DNA from: Lachnospiraceae bacterium
Lineage (GTDB): Bacteria; Bacillota; Clostridia; Lachnospirales; Lachnospiraceae
Length of the DNA: 64,000 nucleotides
Direction: 5' to 3'
NCBI GenBank assembly: GCA_045121095.1
Contig: JBGVFN010000058.1
Coordinates: 646 to 64,645, forward strand
Of this stretch, positions 59,211 through 64,000 are shown piece by piece. Each line of letters begins with the position of its first letter. Position 1 is the first letter of the stretch. The notes under the pieces are model-generated. The model was not told the origin of the DNA and ran no database searches. It was given only the letters and a program-made list of their open reading frames with translations. The position numbers and the translations under genes were made by a program.

Positions 59211-59385
59211 AACAGTTCAGCTTGGCTGAACTGTCTTGAATAAATTCAGCAAGCATTCATAATTTTCTTCGAAAATTATTCATTTGGCTAAACGCCAAAT
59301 ACGATTTTCTGCCCAAAATACCGTTTACAAGCAAGCTTGACACGGTATTTTGAACAAAAATCATGCTTGGCTGAATAGTTGCAAA
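59211..59385. repeat. Composite REP-like element (GTTCAGC family), longest copy
   Basis: aacagttcagcttggctgaactgtcttgaataaattcagcaagcattcataattttcttcgaaaattattcatttggctaaacgccaaa..., plus a caaaataccgt/acggtattttg hairpin and a second cttggctgaa. Confidence 0.8.
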
Positions 59386-59415
59386 ATAAGAGAATTTGAT
59401 TTAAAATATAATTTT

Positions 59416-59452
59416 AACATTTTGTAATGATGAAATGATTACAATGTTTTTT
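59416..59452 (+). terminator. Putative intrinsic terminator after recF
   Basis: aacattttgtaatgatgaaatgattacaatgtt followed by TTTTT (stem with one bulge). Confidence 0.5.
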
Positions 59453-59665
59453 GATAGATGGGATAGATTGTTGTAATTGCTCAGTAAGTAATTCTAAAGA
59501 GACTGAACCGTTACACATCGTTTATTTTTGTTTATTTAAATTGTTTATTAACTAATTTTGTTGATTGAGTGATAGAATGATTTTTATGGTGATTGACCAG
59601 TGTGTGATTTTGGATGCATGGAGTCCGGTTGCCTGAAATCGTGTTTGGGAAAGGAGCTGTAATAG

Positions 59666-61582
<1,917 letters not shown>

Positions 61583-61598
61583 TGAGGAGGAATAACAA

Positions 61599-64000
61599 AT
61601 GGATCAGACCATATTTGATAAGGTACATGATATTGACCTGCAGGAAACCATGGAAACCTCGTATATCGACTATGCCATGAGTGTTATTGCGGCCAGAGCA
61701 TTGCCTGACGTAAGAGACGGTTTAAAACCCGTACAGAGAAGAATTCTCTTCTCCATGATTGAACTGAATAACGGTCCTGACAAGCCTCATCGTAAATGTG
61801 CGCGTATTGTCGGTGATACCATGGGTAAATATCACCCTCATGGTGACAGCTCCATTTATGAAGCACTGGTAAAGCTTGCGCAGGATTTTAATACTCGTTA
61901 CCCTCTGGTAGACGGACATGGAAATTTTGGCTCCATCGACGGAGATGGTGCCGCAGCCATGCGTTATACAGAAGCAAGACTGAGTAAGATTTCCATGGAA
62001 ATGCTGTCCGATATCAATAAAGACACGGTAGATTTTGTACCGAACTTTGATGATACGGAAAAAGAACCTGCTGTACTTCCTTCACGCTATCCGAACCTTC
62101 TGGTAAATGGTACCAGCGGTATTGCGGTAGGTATGGCAACGAATATTCCGCCTCACAATATGGGTGAAACCATTGATGCGGTGGTTAAGATTATTGATAA
62201 TCAGATTGACGAAGATCGTGAAACTTCCATTGATGAGCTTATGGCAATCGTAAAAGGTCCGGATTTCCCCACAGGTGCGGAAATCATGGGCAGAAGCGGA
62301 ATTGAGGAAGCTTATCGTACCGGCCGCGGTAAGATTAAAGTGCGTGCCGTAGCCAATATTGAAGCTATGCCCAACGGCAAATCCCGGATTTTAGTCACTG
62401 AAATTCCTTATATGGTAAATAAGGCCAGACTCATTGAGAAAATCGCTGATTTGGTCAAAGAAAAGAAGCTGGATGGTATTACAGACCTTCGTGATGAGTC
62501 AGACCGTACCGGTATGCGCATCTGTATTGAGCTGCGCCGTGATGTGAATGCTAATGTCATGCTGAATAAGCTGTACAAGCATACCCAGATGATGGATACC
62601 TTTGGTGTTATCATGCTGGCACTGGTGGATAATGAACCCAAAGTCCTGAATTTGAAAGAAATGCTGGTGCATTATCTGAATCATCAGAAAGAGGTTGTTA
62701 CCAGAAGAACCAGATACGAACTGAATAAGGCAGAAGAGCGTGCGCATATTTTACAGGGGCTGCTGATTGCACTGGATCATATCGATGAAGTCATCAGTAT
62801 CATCCGTGCATCACGCAATACCCAGGAAGCAAAGCAGAATTTAATGGAGCGTTTCCAGCTTTCCGATGCTCAGGCCCAGGCCATTGTAGACATGCGTCTG
62901 CGTGCGCTGACCGGTCTGGAAAGAGAAAAACTGGAAGCAGAATATCACGAACTGATGGTTCAGATCGAGAAGCTGAGAGCCATTCTGGCAGACGAAAAGA
63001 AGCTGCTGAAGGTGATCCGCGATGAAATTACCGCAATCCGTGAAAAATACAGCGATGAAAGACGTACTGCCATCAGTATGGACGAAGCAGAACTGGATAA
63101 TGAAGACCTGATTCCGGATGAATCTGTGGTTATTACCATGACAAATTTAGGTTATATCAAACGTATGAACGCGGATACTTTCCGTGCCCAGCATCGCGGC
63201 GGCAAGGGAATTAAAGGCATGCAGACGGTGGACCAGGATTTCATTGAAGAACTGATCCTGACAAGAACCCATCGTTACTTGATGTTCTTCACCAACAAGG
63301 GACGCGTGTACCGTCTTAAGACCTACAAAATCCCTGAGGCTGGCAGAACTGCCAGAGGTACAGCCATTGTAAACCTCTTACAGCTTCAGCCGGAAGAAAA
63401 AATTACCGCGATCATTCCTCTGAAAGAGTTTGAGCCTGGTAAATTCATCTTTATGGCTACACGTTATGGTATGGTAAAGAAGACTCCTATGGAGGATTTT
63501 GTAAACATCCGAAAAACCGGACTTCAGGCTATCAATATGCGCGAAAATGATGAGCTTATTGAAGTAAAATACACCGATGGTGACCGTGAACTGTTCCTGA
63601 TCAGTCAGAAGGGTCAGTGTATCCGTTTCCATGAAAAAGATGTACGTCCCACAGGCAGAAGTTCCATGGGTGTACGTGGTATGGATCTGGCAGAGGATGA
63701 CATGGTAATCGGCATGCAGATGGACAGTCAGGGCGAATACCTGCTGTTTGCAACCTTACGCGGTCTTGGAAAGAAGACATTAATGAGTGAATTCAACGTT
63801 CAGAACCGTGGCGGAAAAGGTGTAAAATGCTATAAACTCAATGAAAGAACCGGCGATCTTGTGGGTGTAAAAGCAGTAAAAGATGGCCAGGAACTGATGA
63901 TCGTCACCACAGGCGGGATTATTATCCGAATCAGTATCGATGGTATTTCTACCTTGGGAAGAGTAGCTTCCGGCGTAAAACTTATTGATGTGGATGAAGA
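61599..64000 (+). CDS. gyrA: DNA gyrase subunit A (3' partial, runs off the window)
   Basis: Not in the ORF track (no stop in the window). Translates [50 protein letters not shown]... with the AAMRYTE active-site Tyr block. Confidence 0.95.
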   Translation, partial: MDQTIFDKVHDIDLQETMETSYIDYAMSVIAARALPDVRDGLKPVQRRILFSMIELNNGPDKPHRKCARIVGDTMGKYHPHGDSSIYEALVKLAQDFNTRYPLVDGHGNFGSIDGDGAAAMRYTEARLSKISMEMLSDINKDTVDFVPNFDDTEKEPAVLPSRYPNLLVNGTSGIAVGMATNIPPHNMGETIDAVVKIIDNQIDEDRETSIDELMAIVKGPDFPTGAEIMGRSGIEEAYRTGRGKIKVRAVANIEAMPNGKSRILVTEIPYMVNKARLIEKIADLVKEKKLDGITDLRDESDRTGMRICIELRRDVNANVMLNKLYKHTQMMDTFGVIMLALVDNEPKVLNLKEMLVHYLNHQKEVVTRRTRYELNKAEERAHILQGLLIALDHIDEVISIIRASRNTQEAKQNLMERFQLSDAQAQAIVDMRLRALTGLEREKLEAEYHELMVQIEKLRAILADEKKLLKVIRDEITAIREKYSDERRTAISMDEAELDNEDLIPDESVVITMTNLGYIKRMNADTFRAQHRGGKGIKGMQTVDQDFIEELILTRTHRYLMFFTNKGRVYRLKTYKIPEAGRTARGTAIVNLLQLQPEEKITAIIPLKEFEPGKFIFMATRYGMVKKTPMEDFVNIRKTGLQAINMRENDELIEVKYTDGDRELFLISQKGQCIRFHEKDVRPTGRSSMGVRGMDLAEDDMVIGMQMDSQGEYLLFATLRGLGKKTLMSEFNVQNRGGKGVKCYKLNERTGDLVGVKAVKDGQELMIVTTGGIIIRISIDGISTLGRVASGVKLIDVDE

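Overview
This window is the replication-origin region of a low-GC Firmicutes chromosome. It looks Clostridia/Lachnospiraceae-like, but that taxon guess is low confidence.

**Right part (42.5-64 kb): canonical oriC neighbourhood.**
- Minus strand: aroC, DUF4446, parB, parA, rsmG, mnmG, mnmE, jag, yidC, yidD, rnpA, rpmH.
- Two DnaA-box clusters flank dnaA.
- Plus strand: dnaN, yaaA, recF, gyrB and a partial gyrA.

**Left and middle part: accessory genes.**
- An acidic lipoprotein and an orphan cytoplasmic DmsA-like molybdoenzyme.
- A split corrinoid methyltransferase system: PucR regulator, RACo-type activase, DUF2284, pterin-binding MT-II, corrinoid protein, GPH transporter and two URO-D-type MT-I genes, one of them frameshifted.
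- An arylamine N-acetyltransferase and a decayed DASS permease.
- A urease cluster (ureABC ... ureEFGD) with the urea ABC transporter urtABCDE embedded in it.
- A GT2/YfhO glycosylation pair, spmA, apbE and an aconitase-family hydratase.

**Signals not explained by genes.**
1. The density of the parS consensus palindrome TGTTTCACGTGAAACA is exceptional. There are 6 perfect and 5 near-perfect copies in 35 kb. Several extend into 26-44 bp palindromes at gene ends, and one forms a triple tandem array inside the urt operon.
2. A 165-bp MITE-like element with 17-19 bp terminal inverted repeats has two full copies, one between ureA and ureB. Many solo-end copies are concentrated in the urease locus.
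3. A second REP-like family is built on a CAGTTCAGC...GCTGAACTG hairpin.
4. AT-rich short tandem-repeat arrays (14-36 bp units) sit in almost every long intergenic spacer. One has been read through into the UrtC C-terminus, and one is made of DnaA-box-like TTATCCA units.

No rRNA, tRNA, CRISPR array, transposase or phage gene was seen. All functional calls come from motif and family recognition by eye; no database search was run.
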